Shown: piece after piece, positions 18,510-27,758 of the stretch
Layout of the letters: each line of letters begins with the position of its first letter
Numbering within the stretch: position 1 is the stretch's first letter
Source of the DNA: an uncultured Sarcina sp.
GTDB taxonomy: Bacteria > Bacillota > Clostridia > Clostridiales > Clostridiaceae
Length of the DNA: 64,000 nt
Direction of reading: 5' to 3'
NCBI GenBank assembly: GCA_963557775.1
Contig: CAUWDH010000020.1
Coordinates: 2,052-66,051 of the forward strand
Position numbers and translations under genes: made by a program
Notes under the pieces: generated by a model
What the model saw: the letters and a program-made list of their open reading frames with translations, nothing else
Told to the model about the DNA's origin: nothing
The model's database searches: none

Positions 18510-19469
18510 TTAATCTATTACCATTGTTCTATGATTTAACGTATTTATTATATCAGCATTTTCTTCTTTATTGTAAATAAAATACCACAATCTATCTATG
18601 TACTTAGGTTCACCTTTTAAAGTATGCATTTTAATACTATCTTCTTTTAACTTTACTAAAGTTGTACCATAAGCAACCATTCTCTCAAAAGACATATCAG
18701 TATCTACATTTCTTTTTATGACATCTATTATGTCATCTATTTTTAATATTATGGATGGTGAAATACATTTTTGAAAAACCTTCTTCATTAATTTTTGTTG
18801 ATTTTTTATTCTTCCCATATCTCCATCTATAAACCCTGTTCCATCATTATTCTTTCTCCATCTAAAAAACTCTTCAGCTGCTTTTCCATCTAAAAGTACA
18901 GTTTCTCCTTTTTTAAAGTGAATACTTAAATTTTGACTTGGGTCATCATAGTTCATATCTCTATCAATATACATCTTAACTCCACCAATTGCATCAATTA
19001 TTTCTCTAAAAGCATTATAGTCTACTTTAATAATATTATCTATTTGAGTATCTAACATATTTTCTACAGTGGATTTTATCAGTTCATCCCCACCAATAGG
19101 ATAAGCTGCATTTATTTTATTTCGTTTTCCTTTATAATAAAACATAGTATCTCTAGGTATAGAAAGTACATCTGTCTTAGGTATGGTTGGATCATAATGT
19201 ACTAACATAATAGTATCTGTCCTTTTTATACTATTATCATTCTTATTATTTATATCCCCTATATCAAGACCTAAAACTAATACATTTAGAGGTTTTGAAA
19301 CTTCTATTTTTTCATTTTTAATATTATTAGTAATATCTACAATTTCCTTAACTTCTTTTCCATAATTCATATAAATATAAGAGAAGATTCCTATTATAAG
19401 AGCAAAAATAAGCGAAAAAATCCCTATAAAACTTCCTATAATTATTTTTTTTAATCTTCCCTTTTTCAT
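18510..19469 (-). CDS. LCP (LytR-CpsA-Psr) family cell-envelope phosphotransferase
   Basis: N-terminal TM helix plus the LVLGLD..RTDTIMLV..SIPRD pattern. Confidence 0.8.
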   Translation of the reverse strand: MKKGRLKKIIIGSFIGIFSLIFALIIGIFSYIYMNYGKEVKEIVDITNNIKNEKIEVSKPLNVLVLGLDIGDINNKNDNSIKRTDTIMLVHYDPTIPKTDVLSIPRDTMFYYKGKRNKINAAYPIGGDELIKSTVENMLDTQIDNIIKVDYNAFREIIDAIGGVKMYIDRDMNYDDPSQNLSIHFKKGETVLLDGKAAEEFFRWRKNNDGTGFIDGDMGRIKNQQKLMKKVFQKCISPSIILKIDDIIDVIKRNVDTDMSFERMVAYGTTLVKLKEDSIKMHTLKGEPKYIDRLWYFIYNKEENADIINTLNHRTMVID

Positions 19470-19496
19470 TTGAAATTCACCTCTAAATAGTATATT

Positions 19497-19619
19497 TTAT
19501 CTCATAACTAGAGGCTGTAATCCTTTATAAATAGGAAATAAACAGCCTCGCACTTCTAGATAATGACCACTAAATACTGAAATAGAGTTAAAACTCCACC
19601 TCAATTAATCTATGTTTAT
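19497..19619 (-). repeat. Dispersed ~125-nt two-hairpin intergenic element, copy B (full length)
   Basis: On the plus strand it starts TTATCTCATAACTAGAGGCTGT and ends CTATGTTTAT. It has a GAGGCTGT/ACAGCCTC hairpin and a TGAAATAGAGT/ACTCCACCTCA hairpin. The second is fully paired only as minus-strand RNA, through G-U pairs. It ends 27 nt upstream of the LCP start codon. Confidence 0.75.
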
Positions 19620-19653
19620 TTATTAATTGTACATATAATACTATTGTTACTTT

Positions 19654-20232
19654 CTATAAGTAATAAGTAACCTTACAATCCTTAGTAAGTAAGTAATTTC
19701 TAGCTTCTATAGTTAATGGATGTATAACATCATCTTTATCTAAAAGTAACTTAATAGTATTATTTATCCCCATAAGAACCCCTTTATCTAAATCTTTATA
19801 GGTTACTTCTCTTAATTCCTCAACTCCAGGGTAATTTCTAGTTGGCTCTATATAGTCAGCTATGTATATTATCTTTTCTAGTTTAGTCATATTTGCTTTT
19901 CCTGTAGTATGATAAGCTACTGCTTTTAATACTTCTTCATCATTTATATTAAATTTTTCCTTTGCTAAAAACTCACCTACAAAACCGTGAAGAACTTGCA
20001 ATGAAGCTTTCTCAATTTCTGTAATATTAAAATTATTTTTCTTTAAAATTCTCATTTGTTCATCTACAGGCATTTCCTTTGCTATATCATGAAGCATAGC
20101 AGCAAGTTCTGCTTTATTTTCATCAACACCATTTAAAGTTGCTAATTCTTTTGCTGTTTTAGCAACCCCTAAAACATGCTTATATCTTTTTTCACTTAAA
20201 TTATTAGTTAAAAATTCAATTATCTCCTTCAT
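19654..20232 (-). CDS. yqeK: HD-domain bis(5'-nucleosyl)-tetraphosphatase YqeK
   Basis: RYKHVLGV...MLHDIAKE HD motif, 192 aa, in the conserved obg-yhbY-yqeK neighbourhood. Confidence 0.8.
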   Translation of the reverse strand: MKEIIEFLTNNLSEKRYKHVLGVAKTAKELATLNGVDENKAELAAMLHDIAKEMPVDEQMRILKKNNFNITEIEKASLQVLHGFVGEFLAKEKFNINDEEVLKAVAYHTTGKANMTKLEKIIYIADYIEPTRNYPGVEELREVTYKDLDKGVLMGINNTIKLLLDKDDVIHPLTIEARNYLLTKDCKVTYYL

Positions 20233-20320
20233 TTAAACTCCTCCATTTTATAAAAAATCAAAATCCATTCTACTCTTCTCATTATACCCATAAATTCATC
20301 TTTTTATAGAAAATTTAAGC

Positions 20321-20350
20321 AAAAAATAAAAAAAGCAGGCAAAGCCTGCT
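20321..20350 (-). terminator. Terminator after yhbY
   Basis: AGCAGGC (20334-20340) pairs with GCCTGCT (20344-20350) and is followed on the minus strand by a long T-run. Confidence 0.7.
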
Positions 20351-20362
20351 AATTATAAAATA

Positions 20363-20653
20363 TTAAGGTAACTCTATTTTAGGTTTCTTCTCTGATTGCT
20401 TAAATAATACAAGTTTACTCCCAATAGCTTGAATTCCTTCACATCCAATTTCTTCACATATTATTTCTGAAGCTTCTCTAGCTGTTAATCCGCTATTTTC
20501 TAAAACTTTTATTTTTATTAACTCTCTTGCTTCTAAAGCTGATTCTACTTGCTTTATAAAATTATCTTCTATTCCATTTTTACCAACTTGGAATATTGGG
20601 TCCATTCTATTTGCTAAACTTCTTAAGTAAGCTCTTTGCTTTGTAGTTATCAT
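20363..20653 (-). CDS. yhbY: Ribosome-assembly RNA-binding protein YhbY (CRM domain)
   Basis: 96 aa with LTTKQRAYLRSLAN...PIFQVGKNGI. Confidence 0.85.
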   Translation of the reverse strand: MITTKQRAYLRSLANRMDPIFQVGKNGIEDNFIKQVESALEARELIKIKVLENSGLTAREASEIICEEIGCEGIQAIGSKLVLFKQSEKKPKIELP

Positions 20654-20672
20654 TTTCTTTCCTCCGATTTTA

Positions 20673-21959
20673 TTACATTAAGTATTCGAATTCGAAGTCA
20701 TCTAATCTTACCATGTCTCCATCTTCGATTCCCATATCTCTTAATTCTTGTAAGATACCTTTGTTATTAAGTACTTTATGGAAGTATCTTAATGAATCTG
20801 GATCGTAAACATTAACTGCCATAAGTAATCTATCAACAAATGAACCTTCTATTACATAAACCTTTAATCCATCTTCTTCTACTGGAGTTATAGTATATGT
20901 AAACTTCTTATCTTCTGGGATATATCTTTCCTCTTCTGCAATATAAAGATCAGTAACAGGAATTTCCTTAAGCATTTTAGCTGCTTCCTTCATCACATCT
21001 TCTATACCTTGTGAAGTTGCCGCTGACATTTTGAATACTTTATCAAAGCCCATTTTATTAACTTCTTTTTTAAAGTTTTCAAATACTTCTTCATCAAATA
21101 ACATATCAGCCTTATTTGCAACTACGATTTGAGGTCTATCCCAAAGCTTAACATCATAGTTCTTAAGCTCTTCATTTATTTTTATAAAGTCTTCTATTGG
21201 ATCTCTTCCTTCAACTCCTGAAATATCTACTATATGAATTAATAGTCTTGTTCTTTCTATGTGTCTTAAGAATTCTAATCCAAGACCAACACCTTCAGAA
21301 GCTCCCTCAATTATACCTGGGATATCTGCCATTACAAATGGTTCTATTCCTGGTACTGCAACAACACCTAAGTTTGGTTTTAATGTTGTGAAATGGTAGT
21401 TTGCTATTTTAGGTTTAGCCTTTGAAACTACTGATAAAAGAGTTGATTTTCCAACGTTCGGGAAACCAAGTAATCCTACATCAGCTAATAACTTAAGTTC
21501 TAATACTACTTCAAACTCTTCCCCTGGCATTCCTGGTTCTGCAAAGTTTGGTGCCTGTCTTGTAGGTGTACAGAACTTACAGTTTCCTTTTCCACCTTTT
21601 CCACCTCTACAAATAACAAATTCATCACCTTCATGTGAAAGGTCAGCCATTACTTTATTAGTTGCAGCATCTCTTACAACAGTTCCCATAGGAACATCTA
21701 TTATTTTATCTTCACCATCTTTACCGTAACATTTTGAACCAGCACCATTTTCCCCTGGTTCTGCTACGAATTTTCTTTTATATCTAAAATCAAGTAGAGT
21801 AGTCATTTGTGTGTTAACTCTTAATATTACGTCTCCACCTTTTCCACCATCTCCACCGTCTGGTCCACCAAGTGGAACATACTTTTCTCTTCTGAAGGAA
21901 ACAGCACCATGACCGCCATTACCTGATTTAAGAAAGACTTTGGCTTTATCTATAAACAT
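20673..21959 (-). CDS. obg: GTPase Obg/CgtA
   Basis: [18 protein letters not shown] Obg fold with Gly-rich repeats, G-domain GFPNVGKST / DIPG / NKAD, and a C-terminal OCT/TGS-like domain. I prefer ATG 21959 (M5 of the tracked ORF) with an AAGGTGA SD. Confidence 0.9.
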   Translation of the reverse strand: MFIDKAKVFLKSGNGGHGAVSFRREKYVPLGGPDGGDGGKGGDVILRVNTQMTTLLDFRYKRKFVAEPGENGAGSKCYGKDGEDKIIDVPMGTVVRDAATNKVMADLSHEGDEFVICRGGKGGKGNCKFCTPTRQAPNFAEPGMPGEEFEVVLELKLLADVGLLGFPNVGKSTLLSVVSKAKPKIANYHFTTLKPNLGVVAVPGIEPFVMADIPGIIEGASEGVGLGLEFLRHIERTRLLIHIVDISGVEGRDPIEDFIKINEELKNYDVKLWDRPQIVVANKADMLFDEEVFENFKKEVNKMGFDKVFKMSAATSQGIEDVMKEAAKMLKEIPVTDLYIAEEERYIPEDKKFTYTITPVEEDGLKVYVIEGSFVDRLLMAVNVYDPDSLRYFHKVLNNKGILQELRDMGIEDGDMVRLDDFEFEYLM

Positions 21960-22136
21960 ACTTCTCATCACCTTTCTTTTTTAATATTATTACCTTTTTA
22001 CTCTTTAGCTAGTCAATATAATTTTCATTTAGAAAATATTAATCAACTCTCTTCATAAACTAAAATTTAATTTACATATAGTTTTAGCTCTAAGATAAAC
22101 TCTTTATTTTTTTAAAGTTTAAAAGAATCTGTATTT

Positions 22137-22165
22137 TAAAAAAGCATCCTAGAATATAGGATGCT
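22137..22165 (-). terminator. Terminator after rpmA
   Basis: AGCATCCTA (22143-22151) pairs with TAGGATGCT (22157-22165), with a T-run on the minus strand. Confidence 0.75.
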
Positions 22166-22183
22166 TTTATTTAAAATAACAGA

Positions 22184-22480
22184 TTATTCAGCTATTTCTA
22201 CTTCTACTGGGTAAACAGAAACTTTCTTCTTGTCTCTTCCCATTCTCTCATATTTAACAACACCATCTGCTTTAGCAAATAAAGTATCGTCTCCACCTTT
22301 ACCTACGTTAGTACCTGGGTGGATTTTTGTTCCTCTTTGTCTTACTAAGATGTTTCCAGCTAAAACGAATTGACCGTCAGCACATTTAACTCCTAATCTT
22401 TTTGATTCTGAGTCTCTTCCGTTCTTAGTACTACCCATTCCTTTTTTATGAGCGAATAATTGAAGGTTCATTATTAACAT
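22184..22480 (-). CDS. rpmA: 50S ribosomal protein L27 with the Firmicute 9-aa N-terminal propeptide
   Basis: MLIMNLQLF|[21 protein letters not shown]. The cleavage motif precedes AHKKG. Confidence 0.95.
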   Translation of the reverse strand: MLIMNLQLFAHKKGMGSTKNGRDSESKRLGVKCADGQFVLAGNILVRQRGTKIHPGTNVGKGGDDTLFAKADGVVKYERMGRDKKKVSVYPVEVEIAE

Positions 22481-22484
22481 ATCA

Positions 22485-22856
22485 TTACACCTCCTCTTTT
22501 TTAAAATCTATATATTTACAACGTTTTTTCTTACCAAAACTCTGATCTAAACTAATAATTACGCTTTCAAGACTTTTCTCAAATGTTTTTAATAAAACTT
22601 GAGCTTTCTCAATTTCTTCTAAAGTAAATTCAGATAAATCAAGATGTATGTATCCATCAGCCATTTCATAGTTTACATTCAGCTTTAAAACTTCATCCAA
22701 CCCGATAATTGCACTTTGTGACAAAACTGATACAGAATTACATATCATATCATAAGCTTCTCCTACAAGGATAGCATCTCTATCTCTAAGTACATGATCT
22801 TTTATGGTGTATGAAATTATATTGTTATTTCTAGATTGAATTCTAATATTGATCAT
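22485..22856 (-). CDS. prp: Ribosomal-processing cysteine protease Prp (YsxB)
   Basis: Lies between rplU and rpmA. His (KDHV) and Cys (MICNSVS) form a candidate catalytic dyad. TAATG stop/start overlap with rplU. Confidence 0.8.
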   Translation of the reverse strand: MINIRIQSRNNNIISYTIKDHVLRDRDAILVGEAYDMICNSVSVLSQSAIIGLDEVLKLNVNYEMADGYIHLDLSEFTLEEIEKAQVLLKTFEKSLESVIISLDQSFGKKKRCKYIDFKKEEV

Positions 22857-23167
22857 TATGCTTCAATCTTTTCTATAACTATTTTAGTGTATGGTTGTCT
22901 GTGACCATTTTTTCTTCTGTAGTCTTTCTTAGGTTTGTATTTGAATACAACAACCTTCTTAGCTTTACCTTGAGCTAAAACTTTAGCAACAACCTTAGCA
23001 CCTTCTACTACTGGAGCACCAACTTTTAATTCTCCGTCTTTTGATACTGCAAGAACTTCAGTTAATTCAACAGTTGAGTCAACTTCAGCGTTAAGTTTTT
23101 CAACGAATAATACGTCTCCTTCTTGAACTCTGTATTGTTTTCCACCTGTAGTTAATACTGCGTACAT
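22856..23167 (-). CDS. rplU: 50S ribosomal protein L21
   Basis: [19 protein letters not shown] prefer ATG 23167 (M7 of the tracked ORF) with GGAGG 9-10 nt upstream. Confidence 0.95.
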   Translation of the reverse strand: MYAVLTTGGKQYRVQEGDVLFVEKLNAEVDSTVELTEVLAVSKDGELKVGAPVVEGAKVVAKVLAQGKAKKVVVFKYKPKKDYRRKNGHRQPYTKIVIEKIEA

Positions 23168-23185
23168 TAAAAAACACCTCCTCAT

Positions 23186-23280
23186 AACGGTCTCGCCACT
23201 TAAGGTAATAGATTTAACTATTTTCTGGAACCTATTCGTGAGCGGTTTACTAAAGCAATTCTATCATAGTTAAATATTAA
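23186..23280 (-). promoter_or_regulatory. Structured 5' leader of the rplU-prp-rpmA operon (L21-leader-like)
   Basis: A locally GC-enriched untranslated segment directly upstream of rplU. It has complementary CCGCTCAC...GTGGCGAG and AATAGGT...ACCTTAA segments on the minus strand. Position matches the known Firmicute L21 leader. Not verified by a covariance model. Confidence 0.45.
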
Positions 23281-23293
23281 AGTAAAGGATAAT

Positions 23294-24739
23294 TTAATAT
23301 TTTTCGATGTTTTTAACAAGATATTCACTTAAATTACTTATTTGGTTTTTAAATATTAATGGCTCTATAGTATAGCCTTCTTTATTTTCATCAAAGGTTA
23401 GGTAAATATTCACTGTTAAAGCTCCTATTGATTTCAAAAATTCAAATATATTTCCTCTAATATCGCTCTCGTAAATCTTATTTAAATTTACATGAAAATC
23501 ATTTATTTTACTTTCTAATTGCCATCTTATAATTTCATTTTTAAGCAATAATTCAATATATGAAAGCTTTAATACTTTTCCAAGTCCATGGCATCTACTA
23601 CAGTCTTCTTCTATATATTCATCAATACTCTTTCCTATTCTACTTCTAGAAATTTGAACTATACCTAATGGAGTAAAGTTAAACACAGTAGACTTTTGCT
23701 TTTCACCTTCAAGTCCTTCTTTTAATATGTTTATGATTTTCCCTTTAGCCTCTTCATTATACATATCAATGAAATCAACTATTATAATTCCACTTAGATT
23801 TCTAAGTTTTATTTGTTTTAATATTTCTCTAGCAGCTTCAATATTTGTTTCTTCTGCATTTTTTTCTTTACTTTTTCCTGAAATATTCTTAGCAGAATTT
23901 ACATCTATAACATACATAGCTTCTGTTTTTTCTATTACTATGTTTCCGCCACATTTTAAGTTAACTCTTGAATTTCTAAGACTTAGTATTTCTTTTTCTA
24001 TATTGTAGTAATCAAATATTGTTCTTATTTCATTATGAAATTCAACTTCTAAATGACTTTCTTTTATTAATTCATAATCTTCTTCACTATCAACTACTAT
24101 TTTACTTGTATTTTCACTATTACTTTCTCTAATAACTTTATTTAAAAGTCCATTATTTTCATGTAGCTTTTTAGGATTTAAAGAATATTTTCCTTCTCTA
24201 ACTATTTCTTTATACTTTTCATATAATTCATCTAATTCTTTTTGAATTAAGTTTAAAGAAGTATTTTCTGCTATAGTTCTTATAGTAACCCCTACATCAT
24301 TTGGCTTTTTTAAATTATTTAAGATAAATTTTTCAAATTCTTTATTTTCTATTTTCTTTGAAATATTTATGTCCTTATTTTTACTTTCTATGACTAAATA
24401 TTTACCCGTAACTGTAAAGTTTGAAGTAACCTTAGCACACTTCTTCCCTATAGGTTCTTTTACTACTTCAACTATAATCTCATCTCCACATTTTATCTTT
24501 TCACTTAATTTAGATGATAATTGAATATATGCTTCCTTTTCTTTTCCTATATCAAGAAAAGCACCTTTAACAGCTGGAACTATTTTTCTTACTACAGCCT
24601 TATATATTTCTCCAACTGTTGGCTCTTCACTTACTTCTTCTATATAACATTCACTTAAATTGCCATTTTCCTTTATGGCCACTCTTAATGTTTTTTCTCT
24701 TTGCTCTATAAAAATTTCTTTCATTTTATTCGCCTTCAT
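23294..24739 (-). CDS. rng: Rne/Rng-family ribonuclease (RNase G-like)
   Basis: S1 domain (GEIYKAVVRKIVPAVKGAFLDIG) and the catalytic core GGNIVIEKTEAMYVIDVNS. Confidence 0.85.
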   Translation of the reverse strand: MKANKMKEIFIEQREKTLRVAIKENGNLSECYIEEVSEEPTVGEIYKAVVRKIVPAVKGAFLDIGKEKEAYIQLSSKLSEKIKCGDEIIVEVVKEPIGKKCAKVTSNFTVTGKYLVIESKNKDINISKKIENKEFEKFILNNLKKPNDVGVTIRTIAENTSLNLIQKELDELYEKYKEIVREGKYSLNPKKLHENNGLLNKVIRESNSENTSKIVVDSEEDYELIKESHLEVEFHNEIRTIFDYYNIEKEILSLRNSRVNLKCGGNIVIEKTEAMYVIDVNSAKNISGKSKEKNAEETNIEAAREILKQIKLRNLSGIIIVDFIDMYNEEAKGKIINILKEGLEGEKQKSTVFNFTPLGIVQISRSRIGKSIDEYIEEDCSRCHGLGKVLKLSYIELLLKNEIIRWQLESKINDFHVNLNKIYESDIRGNIFEFLKSIGALTVNIYLTFDENKEGYTIEPLIFKNQISNLSEYLVKNIEKY

Positions 24740-24741
24740 TC

Positions 24742-25452
24742 TTAATCTACATATTTATATAAAGGTACTAACTTTTCATTTTTATAACCATACATTTCTA
24801 GTCTAACTATTTCTGTAAATGCCTCTTCATCTACATTAGATGTATTATCTTTTATATATCTACTTAGTAAATCTGGTGAAAGATTTTCTCTACTTCCACA
24901 AGCAACCATAGTATTTATAACTAAAGTATTTCCTTCAATTTCATAATTAAACTTTTTAACTAGAGGTTTTATATCTACTACTTTTTCACCTTTTTTAGTT
25001 TTCTTTAAAATATTAAATTCTTCATTATTTAATAATTTTTCTATTTCTTCCTCTAACTTATTAGCATCATTGTATTTTATTTTTATTTTGTAGTCAGCAG
25101 CATCTAGAAGTGCCATTGCTGGTGGTACCTTTTTTACATTATGAATAATCGGAGTTTTTGAAGCTGTTAAGAATTTTATATCTCTTGTACTTTCTTCATT
25201 TAATTGTCTTAAAACCTCTTCACAGTCCATATCTTCAAGTAATAATAAATCTAAGTAATCTCCTTCTGAATAAACACCAACTGATAAAGGTTGAGCTATA
25301 GAAAGCTCCATATGTGGATTGAAACCTGTTGAATATTCAGCTGGTAATTCAGTTCTTTTTGCTATTCTTTGAACTGTTCTTGTCAAATCTAAATGAGATA
25401 TAAATTTTATGTTACTTCCTTTAGTGAATTTGATTAGATATCGCACCTTCAA
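24742..25452 (-). CDS. Radical-SAM-associated protein (TIGR03936/DUF2344 type)
   Basis: MKVRYLIKFTKGSNIKFISHLDL. Always partnered with the upstream radical SAM gene. TTG/GTG start overlaps the end of that gene. Confidence 0.75.
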   Translation of the reverse strand: MKVRYLIKFTKGSNIKFISHLDLTRTVQRIAKRTELPAEYSTGFNPHMELSIAQPLSVGVYSEGDYLDLLLLEDMDCEEVLRQLNEESTRDIKFLTASKTPIIHNVKKVPPAMALLDAADYKIKIKYNDANKLEEEIEKLLNNEEFNILKKTKKGEKVVDIKPLVKKFNYEIEGNTLVINTMVACGSRENLSPDLLSRYIKDNTSNVDEEAFTEIVRLEMYGYKNEKLVPLYKYVD

Positions 25453-27283
25453 AACACTTCCCTTCCTTAAAATTTACGTTTATTCCACAACCAGTACATC
25501 CAATTCTACAATTTTGAGTTAAAGCTGCCCTTTTTGCTTTTTCATTTTCTCTTTCTAAGTAACTTCTATCTACGCCTATATTGATAAAGTCCCATGGTAA
25601 TATTTCATCATAAGTTCTTTCTCTATAAACATAGAAATCACCATCAACATTACATTCCTCTAAAGCGTCTAACCATAAATTAAAATTAAAGTATTCTGAC
25701 CATCCATCAAATCTAGCACCTTTTTCAAATGCCCTTATTAAAACATCACAAACTCTTCTATCACCTCTCGCAAAAACAGCTTCCATATATGATGTTTCTT
25801 GTTCATGATATTTATAATGAATAGATTTACTCTTAATACTATTCTTAACAGCCTTTATTTTTTCAGTTACACTCTCCATCTTTTCCATAGGAGCCCATTG
25901 AAACGGTGTAAATGGTTTAGGTATTAATATTGATGTACTTACTGTTATCTTTAATCCCTTATTTCTAATTTCTTTAGGAACAGCAAAATATTCATCTGCT
26001 ATTTTCTCTGCAAGTTGCCCTATACCTTCTGCATCTTCTATTTCTTCATATGGTAATCCTAAAATAAAGTATAATTTTAAAGTGCTCCAACCTGATTCAA
26101 AAGCATTTCTAGCTGCTTCTAAAATTCTCTCCTCTGATAAACCTTTATTTATAACATCTCTCATTCTTTGAGATCCAGCTTCTGGTGCAAAAGTTAATCC
26201 TGTTTTTCTAACCTTTTGTATTTCTTTTAATAAATCAACAGAAAAAGCATCTACTCTAATTGATGGTAAAGCAACACTTACATTGTCTTTTCCATGTTCT
26301 GCAATAAGTTCTGTTACTAAAGCTTGAATATCTGAATAATCGCATGTACTTAAAGAAACAAGAGAAACTTCATCATAGCCTGTTGCTTTTAACATTTTTC
26401 TTGCCTGTTCTATTAAAGTTGATCTAGTTTTTTCTCTTACTGGTCTATATATCATTCCTGCTTGGCAGAATCTACATCCATTAGTACATCCCCTAAATAG
26501 TTCCAATACTACTCTATCATGGACAATTTCTCCGTAAGGAACTATTAACTTCTCTGGGAATGGAACTTTATCAAAATCTGTTACTATTTTCTTTTTGATT
26601 GTTTTAGGAACATCATCATACTTAGGTTTAAATTCTTTTATAGTATTGTCTTCATTATATTCAACTTCATATAATGATGGTACATAAACACTCTCTATTT
26701 TTGATATTGCTCTTAAGAATTCCGTTCTATCAAAATTATCCTTCATTGAAGCATAGACATCTAAAACCTCATTTAATCCCTCTTCACCTTCTCCTAATTG
26801 GAAAAAGTCTATTACATCATGAAGCGGTTCTGGATTGTAAGCACATGGTCCTCCTGCCATTACTATAGGATCATCATTAGTTCTTTCTGATGCTCTTATA
26901 GGAATTCCAGACATATTAAGCATATTTAATATATTTGTATAACTCATTTCATATTGAAGAGTAAAACCTAATATATTAAATTCATTTAATGGATCCTTCG
27001 TTTCTAAGGTATATAAGGGAATATTATTTTCTTTCATTAATGCTTCCATATCTGGCCATACAGCATAAGCTCTCTCACAATATGTATCTTCTCTTTGATT
27101 TAATGTATGATACAAAATTCTTGAACCTAAATGAGACATACCAACTTCATATACATCTGGAAAACAAAAAGCAAATCTTATATCTACATCCTTTGGTTTT
27201 TTTATAATTTGATTAAGTTCTCCACCCACATATCTAGAAGGTTTTTCTACTTTATATAGAATATCATCAGTTATTTTTATCAT
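25421..27283 (-). CDS. B12-binding-domain radical SAM protein (TIGR03960 type)
   Basis: CxxxCxxC motif RGCTNGCRFCQAG. I prefer ATG 27283 (MIKITDDILYKVEKPSRYVGGE) with AGGAGG 6 nt upstream. Confidence 0.85.
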   Translation of the reverse strand: MIKITDDILYKVEKPSRYVGGELNQIIKKPKDVDIRFAFCFPDVYEVGMSHLGSRILYHTLNQREDTYCERAYAVWPDMEALMKENNIPLYTLETKDPLNEFNILGFTLQYEMSYTNILNMLNMSGIPIRASERTNDDPIVMAGGPCAYNPEPLHDVIDFFQLGEGEEGLNEVLDVYASMKDNFDRTEFLRAISKIESVYVPSLYEVEYNEDNTIKEFKPKYDDVPKTIKKKIVTDFDKVPFPEKLIVPYGEIVHDRVVLELFRGCTNGCRFCQAGMIYRPVREKTRSTLIEQARKMLKATGYDEVSLVSLSTCDYSDIQALVTELIAEHGKDNVSVALPSIRVDAFSVDLLKEIQKVRKTGLTFAPEAGSQRMRDVINKGLSEERILEAARNAFESGWSTLKLYFILGLPYEEIEDAEGIGQLAEKIADEYFAVPKEIRNKGLKITVSTSILIPKPFTPFQWAPMEKMESVTEKIKAVKNSIKSKSIHYKYHEQETSYMEAVFARGDRRVCDVLIRAFEKGARFDGWSEYFNFNLWLDALEECNVDGDFYVYRERTYDEILPWDFINIGVDRSYLERENEKAKRAALTQNCRIGCTGCGINVNFKEGKCFEGAISNQIH

Positions 27284-27313
27284 CTTAATCCTCCTATATT
27301 TTAAGTTAATCAT

Positions 27314-27635
27314 TTATCTGATAGCTAGAGTCTGTAATACTCCTATGTTCTAAAGGAAACTCCACTCGCATTGCTCGCTAAGTAAGTTCCTATAACTAAA
27401 TCAAGCTTTAGATAATCACTTAAGTAGGAAATAAACAGCCTCACGCTTCTAGATAACTACGACTAAGCATTCAGATAGAGTCAAAACTCCACCTGAATTA
27501 AGTCTACGTTTATCTTATAGCTAGCAGTTATAATTCTTCTATTTCCCATAAATAGAATATAAAAGCTTCATGCTTCTAAATGATTATCTCTAATATTCAG
27601 ACCAAAGAAATTAATCCTCTCTTTGTCTAATAATC
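27314..27635 (-). repeat. Dispersed intergenic element, copies C1 and C2 (head-to-tail tandem; C1 carries an internal partial duplication)
   Basis: C1 spans 27314-27513 (TTATCTGATAGCTAGAGTCTGTAATACTCC ... ATTCAGATAGAGTCAAAACTCCACCTGAAT ... CGTTTAT). C2 starts inside the terminal TTTAT (TTATCTTATAGCTAGCAGTTATAAT...) and runs to about 27635. The element ends 30 nt upstream of the radical SAM ATG. Confidence 0.75.
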
Positions 27636-27758
27636 AATTAACATCTAGTAAGATATTATTTTTCTAAGTTAAATAATATCTTTTAATTTTATCATAAATA
27701 AAGCTATTAACCAATAAAAATGGAATTCAATTAATTTCATTTTTATCTATTAATAGCC

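Noticed and set aside
25421-25452. The 32-nt overlap of the radical SAM gene and the DUF2344 gene as evidence for a frameshifted fusion gene
   Set aside because: Both ORFs are full length with their own plausible starts. Separate but overlapping genes are a normal arrangement for this pair.
27314-27635. Possible CRISPR array, because of adjacent repeated units
   Set aside because: There are only two units, about 125-200 nt each, joined head to tail without spacers. The same element occurs singly elsewhere, and no cas genes are in the window.
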